Positions 8,869 through 17,491 of a stretch of 32,000 nucleotides of DNA are shown here, one piece after another. Positions within the stretch are counted from its first letter, which is position 1; every line of letters begins with the position of its first letter. Below the pieces are notes generated by a model. That model saw only the letters and a program-made list of their open reading frames with translations, had not been told where the DNA came from and ran no database searches. A program made the position numbers and the translations under genes. The DNA comes from Pirellula staleyi DSM 6068 (GTDB lineage Bacteria; Planctomycetota; Planctomycetia; Pirellulales; Pirellulaceae), in the NCBI GenBank assembly GCA_000025185.1, contig CP001848.1, positions 3,990,001 to 4,022,000 on the forward strand. The letters run 5' to 3'.

Positions 8869-9918
8869 CTAAGAGCGGGGTGGAAGTTCGATATGGACTT
8901 GAACACGCGCGTTCGACAGCCGCTCGACTTTTTGGCTCGCAGCTTGCGACAGCTGAACGCGAACTTCGACCACGCGAGCATCGGTATCGCTTACCGGATC
9001 GTTGGTGAGCACCACTTTCCGGGCGACAAGATTGCCCAGTTCAACGACCACTCCTTCGAGTGTTTCACCAGTGGATTCGACGAGCACGGTCGCGCGACAG
9101 CCGACTTTCACACGCTGCAGATCGGCCTCATAAACTTCGGCCACTGCTTGCATTTGCTGGACGTTACCGATTTGCGCAAAGCCGTTTTCCGACAAGCGTT
9201 CGCCAGTGCGGCAATGCAGGGCGAGGATTCGTCCGGTGATGGGAGCACGAATCTCGGTGACGGCAAGATTCGCTTGTGCCGAGACCACGGCGGCCCGTGC
9301 AACTGCGATCTCTTGCTCAGCCACTTGCACGTCGGTGGCGCGCACTTCCATCACACTGGCGAGTCGCTCGAGCTGCTGCTGATGTTCGAGATTCACCCGA
9401 TTGAAGGCCCATTCGGTGTTCTCGAATTCCTCGTTGGATAGCGCATTGCTATCGCGCAGTTGACGTGCTCGATCGAGTTGCCGCTGGCTATAAAGTTTTT
9501 GCGATTCGGTGAGTTTCACCATCGCGCGCTGCGCTGCGATTTCCCCCTGCTTTGCGCCTGCTTTTATGTCGGCCAGCTTGGCCTCGGCTGTGCGCACTTG
9601 CGCTTCGGCCTCGATTGCAGCCGCTTTGCGCCGCTGATGATTGTCGAGCACCGCCAGCACTTCACCTTCCTCGACATCTTGCCCCTCTTCGACGAGCAGT
9701 TTCTCGATGCAGGCCCCTTCGTTACCGCTCGGAGCATGAATCCGCAGGAGTCGGCCGCGTGGCTCTAAGCGTCCGAGCGCATGGATATGGTTGAGAGGTG
9801 TTTGCAGCGCAGGGGTTGTCTCGACATGCGAAGCAGCATTCGCTTGCGGATAGACATAGAGGGCAATCCCCGCTGCAACAACGATCACAACGGCAATCGA
9901 TATGACTGTACGCATCAT
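8869..9918 (-). CDS. devB: ABC exporter membrane fusion protein, DevB family (HlyD-like)
   Basis: N-terminal anchor MMRTVISIAVVIVVAAGIALYV, an ALGRLEPRGRLLRIHAP block typical of DevB, a coiled-coil region and a beta-barrel/lipoyl-like C-terminal part. ATG 9918 is preceded by GAGGG. The ORF track start at 9939 is TTG. Confidence 0.85.
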   Translation of the reverse strand: MMRTVISIAVVIVVAAGIALYVYPQANAASHVETTPALQTPLNHIHALGRLEPRGRLLRIHAPSGNEGACIEKLLVEEGQDVEEGEVLAVLDNHQRRKAAAIEAEAQVRTAEAKLADIKAGAKQGEIAAQRAMVKLTESQKLYSQRQLDRARQLRDSNALSNEEFENTEWAFNRVNLEHQQQLERLASVMEVRATDVQVAEQEIAVARAAVVSAQANLAVTEIRAPITGRILALHCRTGERLSENGFAQIGNVQQMQAVAEVYEADLQRVKVGCRATVLVESTGETLEGVVVELGNLVARKVVLTNDPVSDTDARVVEVRVQLSQAASQKVERLSNARVQVHIELPPRS

Positions 9919-9967
9919 CCAAACACCCTCGCTCGGCAACTTGGGTTGGCGAGACTCGTTTCTTCAT

Positions 9968-10597
9968 TTACGCGGAGACCGGAGGAGCTTCTTCTGGCTG
10001 TGTGGAAACCTCTTGCGACGTACGCATGCGAATGCGCTCGCGTAGCGCTTCACCCACTTTGGCAAAAAGCGGATCGCTCCGATCGATCAATCCGATGAAT
10101 TGCCACAGCAGGAGTCCGTCGACAGCTAGCCAAACGAGCAGCTGTTCGAGACCATCTTTGGGGTCTTGCATCAGCCTCGATTTCAGCCGCTTGCCGAGTT
10201 CGCGAAGAGGGTCGAGCATTTCCGGTGCATTCACCGCCGCTGCAACGGTGGTAAGCATCATTTTTTCGATCAACTCGGGGGAGAACGTCGGCGAGTTGTG
10301 GGCGGGATCATCGGGGGTCGGGAACATGCAGCTGATGAATGCCCGTGCCCAGCGCATCCCCGGGTTGGGATCGTCGGCAATGCGCTGCATCAGCATCTGC
10401 TCCCCTTGGGTACCGAAGTACTCGAGCATCCCACGCACGAGATCGTCCTTGGTCGGAAAGTGATACATCACTCCCCCTTTGCTGATTCCCGCCTCCTTGG
10501 CGACGTTGTCGAGCGTCATCGCGAGCAGGCCATCACGACCAGCGGTCCGAATAGCCGCTTCGCAGATCAAATCTCGTTTTGAGTTCCCAGCCGACAT
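9968..10597 (-). CDS. TetR/AcrR family transcriptional regulator
   Basis: N-terminal HTH: RDLICEAAIRTAGRDGLLAMTLDNVAKEAGISKGGVMYHFPTKDDLVRGMLEYF. AAGAGG Shine-Dalgarno-like sequence upstream of ATG 10597. It is the first gene of the tetR-devBCA string. Confidence 0.9.
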   Translation of the reverse strand: MSAGNSKRDLICEAAIRTAGRDGLLAMTLDNVAKEAGISKGGVMYHFPTKDDLVRGMLEYFGTQGEQMLMQRIADDPNPGMRWARAFISCMFPTPDDPAHNSPTFSPELIEKMMLTTVAAAVNAPEMLDPLRELGKRLKSRLMQDPKDGLEQLLVWLAVDGLLLWQFIGLIDRSDPLFAKVGEALRERIRMRTSQEVSTQPEEAPPVSA

Positions 10598-10625
10598 GCA
10601 TATACCTCTTGGTTGCTTTTACTGT

Positions 10626-10639
10626 ACCGACTGGTCGGT
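10626..10639. promoter_or_regulatory. candidate TetR operator: inverted repeat ACCGAC-TG-GTCGGT
   Basis: Perfect 6-bp arms separated by 2 bp, located 29-42 nt upstream of the tetR start codon. This position and symmetry are typical of autoregulatory TetR-family operators. No experimental support. Confidence 0.45.
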
Positions 10640-10889
10640 TTTTGTCAAAGTGAAATCTTGTCGTCGCTGTAAGTGTATTCATGAAATAGGTTTACAGAGA
10701 TGTCGTTGTGGACGCTCCAGCAGCCGCTGGAAGGAAAGCACCCGTTCAGGGTGTCTGCAGAACGCAACCATGGGGCGAGCGACCGCTCTTCGTGGCGGCA
10801 GAGCGCAGCGCGGGATGCTAGATGACCCCGTGAGAGAATGTCCTGTGACAGGCCAGTGGTCCGCTAAGAATTGCCCAGTGGCGTCGGGC

Positions 10890-12212
10890 TTACGGATCGG
10901 GAGTCCAAATCACTTCGCTACTGGCAATCGCCAAGTAGGTTTTGGTCTCCTCCGTGTCGGAGAGGGAGATGTACCAGGCTGTCGCCTCTGCGGGGGGAGC
11001 AGGGCCGGTCAGCAGATTCCCATCGATCGTCAGCTTGACCTCGTTCCAGTCGCGCGACATGTAATCGCTATTGGGCCCGGTGGTGTAGTAGAGACGTGGC
11101 CGAGCAACGGGCCCTGTGGCCGAAAATTCCGCAGTCACTTTTCCTTCTTTTACGATCGGGCGCGTGATCATCGGTATGGCTGGCCCCGACTGCAGCTGCT
11201 CCGCCAGATAGTTCCAAACAGGCTTCACGCGATCGTCCCAAATATGTCCGTGGGCCAAAGCGCGGTGCACACACATTTTCTTCGGTGACTTCACGAGGTC
11301 GTAGCATTTCATCCAGCTATCGAGCGGATAGAACGCGTCTTGATCACCATTAAAAAAGAAAACGTTCGCGCGGGTCGAAGGGATGTAGTTCGATGGATCC
11401 CACGTCGAATTAAAAGAGAGCCTCCATTCGTCTCGCAGACGAATAATCGTTTGCCTCCATGCGCTGTTGTTCTCGAGATGACCACAGCCATACATCGGCA
11501 CCGCGCAGTGAAATCTTCGATCGATTCCCATCAAAGAACAGGTCGTAAAACCACCCCAGCTGATTCCCCACACTCCCGTGCGATCGGCGTCGACGTCGGG
11601 GAACGATCGCAGTAGTGAGTGCGCGAGCATCCCATCAGCAACCGCATGGTAGGTCCAGTAGGCATTCGCGGGCAAATCGCGCGGACTCTTCACCGGCCCA
11701 TTCACCTTCGTTGGTTCCAAGCCAGTGGCCCGCTCCGAAGGTCCACGAAACTCGTCGGGCCAAACTTTCATCTCCGACTTTTCGCGACCATCCCCTAGTC
11801 GACCACCCGTGCTGATCGAAATGGCCGCGTAGCCGCGTCGATTAGCTTCACGAACCCAGTTTTCAAATGCTTGTCCGCCCCCGCCATGAATGAGCACGAG
11901 TCCCGGAACCTTGGTCCCCGCAGCAACCTTCGGCTTGCCATAGTAGGCAAAAACTTTCGTATACCCGGCCGACGCTTGGGGAGCTGCAGGACCGCGAAAA
12001 GCAAGCTCTTGCAGCAGCCCATGTTCGTGGGTCGTTTCGCTAAGAACTTCGAACTCCGGGGCCTTCTCGAACTGCTCGAGCTTCCACGGTGCCGATGCAA
12101 TCGGTTCCGGAATTTCCGCAGCGAACGAGCGATGGGTGAAGAGCACGGCAGCTGCCGCACAAAGGAGTGCCGCTACGCTGCGAACCATGCGAGGGGGGCC
12201 AAAACAAGTCAT
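10890..12212 (-). CDS. secreted alpha/beta hydrolase (acetyl-esterase / dienelactone-hydrolase-like) with C-terminal beta-sandwich region
   Basis: Signal peptide MVRSVAALLCAAAAVLFTHRSFA-AE. Oxyanion-type LIHGGGGQAF, nucleophile elbow GISWGG, then candidate Asp (NGDQDAFY) and His (ALAHGH). The start is either ATG 12212 or ATG 12188. Confidence 0.75.
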   Translation of the reverse strand: MTCFGPPRMVRSVAALLCAAAAVLFTHRSFAAEIPEPIASAPWKLEQFEKAPEFEVLSETTHEHGLLQELAFRGPAAPQASAGYTKVFAYYGKPKVAAGTKVPGLVLIHGGGGQAFENWVREANRRGYAAISISTGGRLGDGREKSEMKVWPDEFRGPSERATGLEPTKVNGPVKSPRDLPANAYWTYHAVADGMLAHSLLRSFPDVDADRTGVWGISWGGFTTCSLMGIDRRFHCAVPMYGCGHLENNSAWRQTIIRLRDEWRLSFNSTWDPSNYIPSTRANVFFFNGDQDAFYPLDSWMKCYDLVKSPKKMCVHRALAHGHIWDDRVKPVWNYLAEQLQSGPAIPMITRPIVKEGKVTAEFSATGPVARPRLYYTTGPNSDYMSRDWNEVKLTIDGNLLTGPAPPAEATAWYISLSDTEETKTYLAIASSEVIWTPDP

Positions 12213-12267
12213 CGAACGGGCCTATTCACTCAAAGAGAGAGCTTCGTGAAACGCCGTGCACTCGGAG

Positions 12268-13563
12268 TTACTTCGAACCTGTTTTGCTCGTGCGATGTTT
12301 GTCGAGAAACTTGCCGAGCGCGGCGTAGTAGGCTTGATGATCGCCGCCGTGGTCGGCTGTCGGCATGATCACAACCTCTTTGGTTCCACCGAGCAGGTTG
12401 CAGGTGGCGAGCACACCTTCCGATGGACAAGCCGTATCGGCCAGTCCCACACCGACGATGGCGTCGCACTTGGCGCTTCGCGCAAATTGCATCGCATCGA
12501 AGTAGGGGGCAGCAGCGAGCATTTTTGCTTCACTCTTCCCTTGCCAGGTGCGGCTAGCCCAGTTCGGCCAGCCTGGCGCGCGGGCGACTTGTTTGCCAGT
12601 GTGATCGCAACCGGCAGGAACACTCGCAGCCATCGCGGTCACCTTGGGATGAAAGCCGGCTGTCACAATCGCCTGATAGCCTCCTTGGCTCCCTCCTTGG
12701 ACCAGCAGCGTGTGCTGATTCCAGTCGTCGCGCGAGGTGACATAATCGGCCGCGCGGTAGCACGACAGAAACATCCGAAGAAAGTAACTCGTTTCCCGAT
12801 CATCGTTCCCGATGCCGGGATAGTCGTTGAGCTCGTTCTTCGCTTTTTCGGCGTAGAACTCGGGCTTTTCGTCAATCGGCAGGTCGTGGGCCAAAATGTT
12901 GAACACAAGCCAGCCACTTTTGGCGTGGTGCAAGACCCAATCTTTTTGTAGCGGATAGACGCCAGCCCATTGCACGATCAGCATCGCGGGAAGATCAGAT
13001 TTTCCTTTTGGCTTGGCGAGTTGGCCACGAATCTTCGAGCCGTTGTAGCCCCCAAGAGTGACGTGGTAGTACTCGACCGAATCGTCCCCGATATCGATCG
13101 GCTTGATCTCGGGATCGGCAGGCGTTTGGCTGAGGGCTTCGAGTTTCGATTTCCAGAAACTATCGAAGTCGGCTGGCGCATCCGACGAGGGGAGGATCTT
13201 CTCCCAAGCAACAGCAGCTCCGCCGTAGCGTGTGACCTTTTCTGCCCCTGCTGTAAACGTGACTGAAACGAGCATCGTCCCGGGATTATCGCGCGACGTG
13301 CTGATCGTGGCGCTTCCGTCCTTGAGATCGATCGAACCTTGGTCGATTTCCTCCAGGCCGCTCCGCTTCACGCTGTAGTCAATCTTTCCTTGCGCCAGTT
13401 TATCGTCGGTGGAAACGGTCACTTTCCAAGTGATTTTGTCACCCGGGGCATAGAGCCCCGACTCGCGGTCGGGGACCACTTCGACCTTCGTCGCGGCCGA
13501 GAGTGAGGTGGCAAGTGCGACGAGAAACCCAGCTGCCAAACCAATGTGACGCAAACTCAGCAT
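12268..13563 (-). CDS. acetylxylan esterase / cephalosporin-C deacetylase-like (AXE1, CE7-like) with N-terminal Ig-like domain
   Basis: CE7-type motifs: RGQ (KIRGQLAKP), GGSQGG nucleophile elbow, and C-terminal D..CPS...ATCN......KEVVIMPTADHGG. The start is set at MLSLRHIGLAAGFLVALATSLSA (ATG 13563, AAGGA upstream), which gives a clean signal peptide. The ORF track extends to 13707. Confidence 0.8.
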   Translation of the reverse strand: MLSLRHIGLAAGFLVALATSLSAATKVEVVPDRESGLYAPGDKITWKVTVSTDDKLAQGKIDYSVKRSGLEEIDQGSIDLKDGSATISTSRDNPGTMLVSVTFTAGAEKVTRYGGAAVAWEKILPSSDAPADFDSFWKSKLEALSQTPADPEIKPIDIGDDSVEYYHVTLGGYNGSKIRGQLAKPKGKSDLPAMLIVQWAGVYPLQKDWVLHHAKSGWLVFNILAHDLPIDEKPEFYAEKAKNELNDYPGIGNDDRETSYFLRMFLSCYRAADYVTSRDDWNQHTLLVQGGSQGGYQAIVTAGFHPKVTAMAASVPAGCDHTGKQVARAPGWPNWASRTWQGKSEAKMLAAAPYFDAMQFARSAKCDAIVGVGLADTACPSEGVLATCNLLGGTKEVVIMPTADHGGDHQAYYAALGKFLDKHRTSKTGSK

Positions 13564-13707
13564 GGAAATTCGATCCTTCGCGAGTCGAGGCGAGTCGATC
13601 GCTGCGTGGACGTATCGGGAGAGAAAGCTATCGCCTCGCGACCTTCGCAGCGCGATGATCTGCAGCGATAGCAGCCCCAGTGTTACCGCTCGCGCGCCTC
13701 GAAGCAA

Positions 13708-15516
13708 CTATTGCCACTCGATCTTGTCGAGATAGAAGATCTGAGGCTTCCCTTCGCTCGCGACCGTCCAGACAAAGCCTGTCTTGATGCGGCTGAGATC
13801 TTTCCCTTCGACAGGAATCGAATACTCGCGCCACTCCTTAGTGAGTTGCACCTTAGGAAGTTCGCCGCTTGCGGTGTCGAAGAATTTTTTGTCCTTACCG
13901 AGCACACCAAATGAGAAGTTGACGACCTCGCCCCCTTGCTCGCCACGTGCCCAGAAGGTGAGTCGTTTTGCGCCACTGAAATCGGCACCACCACGCGCAT
14001 CGCCCCAGTCTTGTGCCGGACTTTGCCACACCACTCCACCCCAACCTTCCGTCGCCGAAAACGCACAGCGAATGCAGCGTTTTCCATGCTTGGGGTTGTC
14101 AGAGAATTGCTCATCCATCGCAATCGCTTTGGCGTTTCCCATCCACCCAGCCGGAACAAACATGGCGGTCCGATCTTCGTCGTCGAGCATGAAGGGTAGT
14201 GTCTGTTTTTTGCCCATCGCCAGGACCACCGGCGCATCGACACGCATCGGTACATTCGCCACGGCAGCGCTGCCACGTCCATCACGCACCGTTGCAAACA
14301 GTCGATAGAGACCACCATCAGCGGGCAATCGAACCTCCGCCGAGGTGCTATCGGATTTCACGATCGCGCTACGAAGTTCAGCACCAGCATCCTCGTGATC
14401 GCCACCGCTACCATAGTTTTCGCTATCCAACTGAAGTCTCCATTCGACCGTCAGTTTGTCTTGATCGGGGTCTGAAGTTTTCAGCGATGCACGCACCACT
14501 GCGCCCGGCTTGCCGCTGGCGGCGGTCTCGAGTTTCAAAGCCTCGATCGATGGGGCGCGATTGGTTGGCGCTTGGCCGGTCCACATCTCCTCCAGGACAT
14601 CGACGGCTGCTAATCGCGAACCATCGGCCAGCAGCAGCGTGAACCAAGTGGCGGTCACCTCTTGCTTTTGTCCCCACAAAAAGGCGTAGCTACCTAGGCA
14701 CGTCCCTCGCTGCTCGATCACATTTTTTTGATACGCAGCGCGATAGTTGGCCGCTTTCGCCGTGCTCGTTTGTTCGGGAAATGCTTGGATTTCGTTCTTT
14801 TCGATTTCCCAAATGCCAGCGGGGCCAAACTCGGTTAGCAAGTAAGGCTTGGTTCCGCCGAGTTTTTGATAACGCTCCCCTAAACTCGTCGCACCGGCGT
14901 AGGAATTGATTCCAATGATGTCGATGTCGGAGCAAAGAGCGTGCAGGTGTTTCACCTTGTCACCGCCAATTTCAGCGATCACGGTCATGGTGGGATGGTG
15001 CGGATCCACCTGCTTGACCATCCGCGCCAGGTTGTTGATCTCCGACCAAACAGCACCGTTACTTCCGGTGGGATCTTCCATTTCGTTGCCGAGCGACCAC
15101 ATCAGCAGAGCGGGATGATGACGATATTTTTCCACCACTTCGCGAATATGCTGACGCTGCGCGATGAGGCTTTTGGCATCGGACCAATCGAATCCTTGGC
15201 GAACTTGACCAAGCCAAATGCCGGCGGTTACCGTCAGGCCGAGCCGATGTGCAGCGTCGAGTTTTTCGCCGAGACCTTCGTCCCCCCACGTTCGAATCGA
15301 ATTGCCACCGCACTTGGCCAAGAGTTCGAGTGAGCCATCGCCACCGACGCCGCGCACTTCGTAGGGTTTTCCTTCACGCAGCAGTTGCCAGGCACCAGGA
15401 CGACCTGCGAGTTGCACCCGCTTCACGTCATCAGCGGCCGCGCTAGTGCGCTCGAGATGAATGAAGGAGGCGATCAGCAGCGCGGCTAGCGATAGAAGAC
15501 GAAATGCGATTGGCAT
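13708..15516 (-). CDS. secreted clan GH-A (TIM-barrel, GH2/GH5-like) glycoside hydrolase with Ig-like linker and C-terminal carbohydrate-binding-like domain
   Basis: Signal peptide MPIAFRLLSLAALLIASFIHLERTSAAA. Candidate acid/base WSLGNEMED and nucleophile KPYLLTEFGP, as in clan GH-A enzymes. The C-terminal roughly 170 aa (GWGGVVWQSP...RLTFWARGEQGG...FYLDKIEW) resemble a CBM beta-sandwich. The exact GH family was not determined. Confidence 0.75.
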   Translation of the reverse strand: MPIAFRLLSLAALLIASFIHLERTSAAADDVKRVQLAGRPGAWQLLREGKPYEVRGVGGDGSLELLAKCGGNSIRTWGDEGLGEKLDAAHRLGLTVTAGIWLGQVRQGFDWSDAKSLIAQRQHIREVVEKYRHHPALLMWSLGNEMEDPTGSNGAVWSEINNLARMVKQVDPHHPTMTVIAEIGGDKVKHLHALCSDIDIIGINSYAGATSLGERYQKLGGTKPYLLTEFGPAGIWEIEKNEIQAFPEQTSTAKAANYRAAYQKNVIEQRGTCLGSYAFLWGQKQEVTATWFTLLLADGSRLAAVDVLEEMWTGQAPTNRAPSIEALKLETAASGKPGAVVRASLKTSDPDQDKLTVEWRLQLDSENYGSGGDHEDAGAELRSAIVKSDSTSAEVRLPADGGLYRLFATVRDGRGSAAVANVPMRVDAPVVLAMGKKQTLPFMLDDEDRTAMFVPAGWMGNAKAIAMDEQFSDNPKHGKRCIRCAFSATEGWGGVVWQSPAQDWGDARGGADFSGAKRLTFWARGEQGGEVVNFSFGVLGKDKKFFDTASGELPKVQLTKEWREYSIPVEGKDLSRIKTGFVWTVASEGKPQIFYLDKIEWQ

Positions 15517-15946
15517 AAGAGGGGTGCACAGTCCAATAAGCGAGAAGCTGAAAGAAGAGCGTAGCGAGCAGAGGAGAGACTCTCACTGAGAGCAGGCCGC
15601 AGCGGTAGTCTATCTAGCGATTGACCTAGCGCGAGGAAGCGTTACGCAAAAACAGCGGCTTCGGCCAATATTCTCGCGAAATGCCAAGCACAAACGCCAG
15701 AATTTGCTTCCCCAAAGAGAGCAGCTGAAGCCCGGCTTGCGGATCTCCCTAGAAGTGGGGTGTCTGGTGGGTGCTGCGACATTGCTGGCGAACTCGAATT
15801 GCGTTGACGCAGTATGCCGACGATGATCAAAGCTACGCTGCTGGACCCCAAAACTGCACGCACAAGTGTTGGGGAGACGAACGGGTGACTGGCCCACGGC
15901 CGCCAGGAACCATTGGTGCTGGGGGATTTTCGGTTTGTCTACGACC

Positions 15947-17491
15947 ATGTCTGCCACTGCGCCTCGACGAGCTTCATCGCTTGCCAAACGAGTTTCGTTT
16001 CGGCTCGTGGCGGTGCTGTTGTCTCTTGCGCCGCTGGCGCTCTTCGAACTGACGCTCGTGGCACTCGACATCGGTAGTCCCTCCCGCTGCGAAGATCCGT
16101 TCGTCGGCTTCTCGGCGATTCATCCACTCTTTGAACGCAGCGACGATCAATCCGAGTATCACATCGCTCCGGCGCGGCTGAGTCATTTTCGACCCGCCAG
16201 CTTTCGCGCACAAAAGTCGCCGCACGAGTTCCGCATCTTTGTACTCGGTGGCAGCACCGTACAAGGAAGACCATACTCGACTCCGTCGGCTTTCAGCACC
16301 TGGCTCGAGAAAGGGCTTTGCGCGATCGATTCATCGCGCGACTATCAAGTGGTGAATTGTGGCGGCGTTTCCTATGCCAGCTATCGTTTGCTACCGATCC
16401 TCGAAGAAGTGCTGCGCTACGAGCCCGACCTCATCATTTTTTGTGAAGGTCACAACGAGTTTTTGGAGAGTCGCAGCTACGATCATCTTCATCAAGCCTC
16501 GCGCGGCACGAGCACGGCGGCAACACAATTCTCGCGACTTCGAACTTGGAATCTTCTTCGCAGCTGGATCCACCCGCCGCAATCGTCTTCTCCTACTGCC
16601 GAAAAATCGCAAGAAAACGCTAGTAAAACGATACTTCCGGCCGAAGCAGCCGCGCGACTCGACTGGCAAGGGGGAATGGCTTCGTACGTCCGCGATGCCA
16701 AGTGGCACGCACAAGTGACCGAGCATTTCGCGCACAGCTTGCAGCAGATCGTCGACCGCTGCAACGCCGCGCACGTGCCGCTGCTGATGGTCTGCCCGGT
16801 GAGCAATCTCGAGTGGGCACCGTTTAAATCGCAGCATAGCGACAACCTTGAAGATCCACTCAATTTAGCCGAAATCGAGCAGTTCGAAACGCTCATGGAA
16901 GAAGCAGCGGAACTCTATGGCACCGATCTTTCGCGCGCGATTGAGGTGCTCGAACGTGCAGCTAAGCTCAATCCTGAGCATGCGCAGGTGCACTTCGAAC
17001 TGGGGATTGCTTACCAGACGCAAGGGAATCGACAACAAGCTCGCGCGCATCTTTATCTCGCAAAAGAACTCGACGTCTGTCCCCTCCGTATGCTCGAGCC
17101 GATGGCTGATGCGTGTCGCCATATCGCTCAGAAAAATCATGTTCCGCTGGTTGATCTCCCCGAGAAGTTCACCATCATCTCGTCGGCCGGTTACCCTGGC
17201 CACGAATGGCTCATTGATCATGTCCATCCGACCATCGAAGGGCATCAGAAGGTGGCTACCTGGATACTCGAAGAGCTGATGCTTCGAAAAATGGTCGAGC
17301 CGACCGAGTCATGGGAAGCGAAAGTAGCGACAGCTTATCGTCAGCATCTGCAGACGCTCGATCATGTCTACTTCGAGCGTGGTCGTGCGCGACTTGCATC
17401 CGAGCAAGGGTGGGCTCGTGGTAAAGTTCGCAAGCCTCCGCCGATCAACAGCTCGATCGCCGTTCCGACGCCAGTCGAGGTGATGCCTTGA
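15947..17491 (+). CDS. membrane-anchored SGNH/GDSL-type hydrolase with inserted TPR-like helical repeats
   Basis: N-terminal TM helix FRLVAVLLSLAPLALFELTLVAL. SGNH blocks: I FVLGGSTVQG, II NCGGVSYAS, III GHNEF, V DHVHPTIEGH. A TPR-like segment (AIEVLERAAKLNPEHAQVHFELGIAYQTQGNRQQARAHLYLAKE) lies between blocks III and V. The start is uncertain: ATG 15947 is chosen, and the ORF track GTG at 15866 is possible. Confidence 0.75.
   Translation: MSATAPRRASSLAKRVSFRLVAVLLSLAPLALFELTLVALDIGSPSRCEDPFVGFSAIHPLFERSDDQSEYHIAPARLSHFRPASFRAQKSPHEFRIFVLGGSTVQGRPYSTPSAFSTWLEKGLCAIDSSRDYQVVNCGGVSYASYRLLPILEEVLRYEPDLIIFCEGHNEFLESRSYDHLHQASRGTSTAATQFSRLRTWNLLRSWIHPPQSSSPTAEKSQENASKTILPAEAAARLDWQGGMASYVRDAKWHAQVTEHFAHSLQQIVDRCNAAHVPLLMVCPVSNLEWAPFKSQHSDNLEDPLNLAEIEQFETLMEEAAELYGTDLSRAIEVLERAAKLNPEHAQVHFELGIAYQTQGNRQQARAHLYLAKELDVCPLRMLEPMADACRHIAQKNHVPLVDLPEKFTIISSAGYPGHEWLIDHVHPTIEGHQKVATWILEELMLRKMVEPTESWEAKVATAYRQHLQTLDHVYFERGRARLASEQGWARGKVRKPPPINSSIAVPTPVEVMP

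Noticed and set aside
10700..10825. 41-aa ATG ORF (MSLWTLQQPLEGKHPF...) in the esterase-tetR intergenic gap
   Set aside because: It is short, has no Shine-Dalgarno-like sequence and no recognisable features, so it cannot be told apart from chance.
10479..11288. 269-aa plus-strand ORF spanning the tetR 5' end, the intergenic region and the esterase 3' end
   Set aside because: It overlaps two well-supported minus-strand genes and crosses a non-coding gap. The translation is Arg/Cys/Gly-rich with no motifs.
13564..13707. ORF-track N-terminal extensions (also 3340-3405, 5961-6062, 21524-21679, 25354-25455, 26012-26119, 27201-27224)
   Set aside because: The extensions are Arg/Ser/Cys-rich, precede clear signal peptides or family-typical N-termini, often overlap the upstream gene, and lack Shine-Dalgarno-like sequences. 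Internal ATGs with such sequences were chosen. Some, such as 5961-6062, remain possible.
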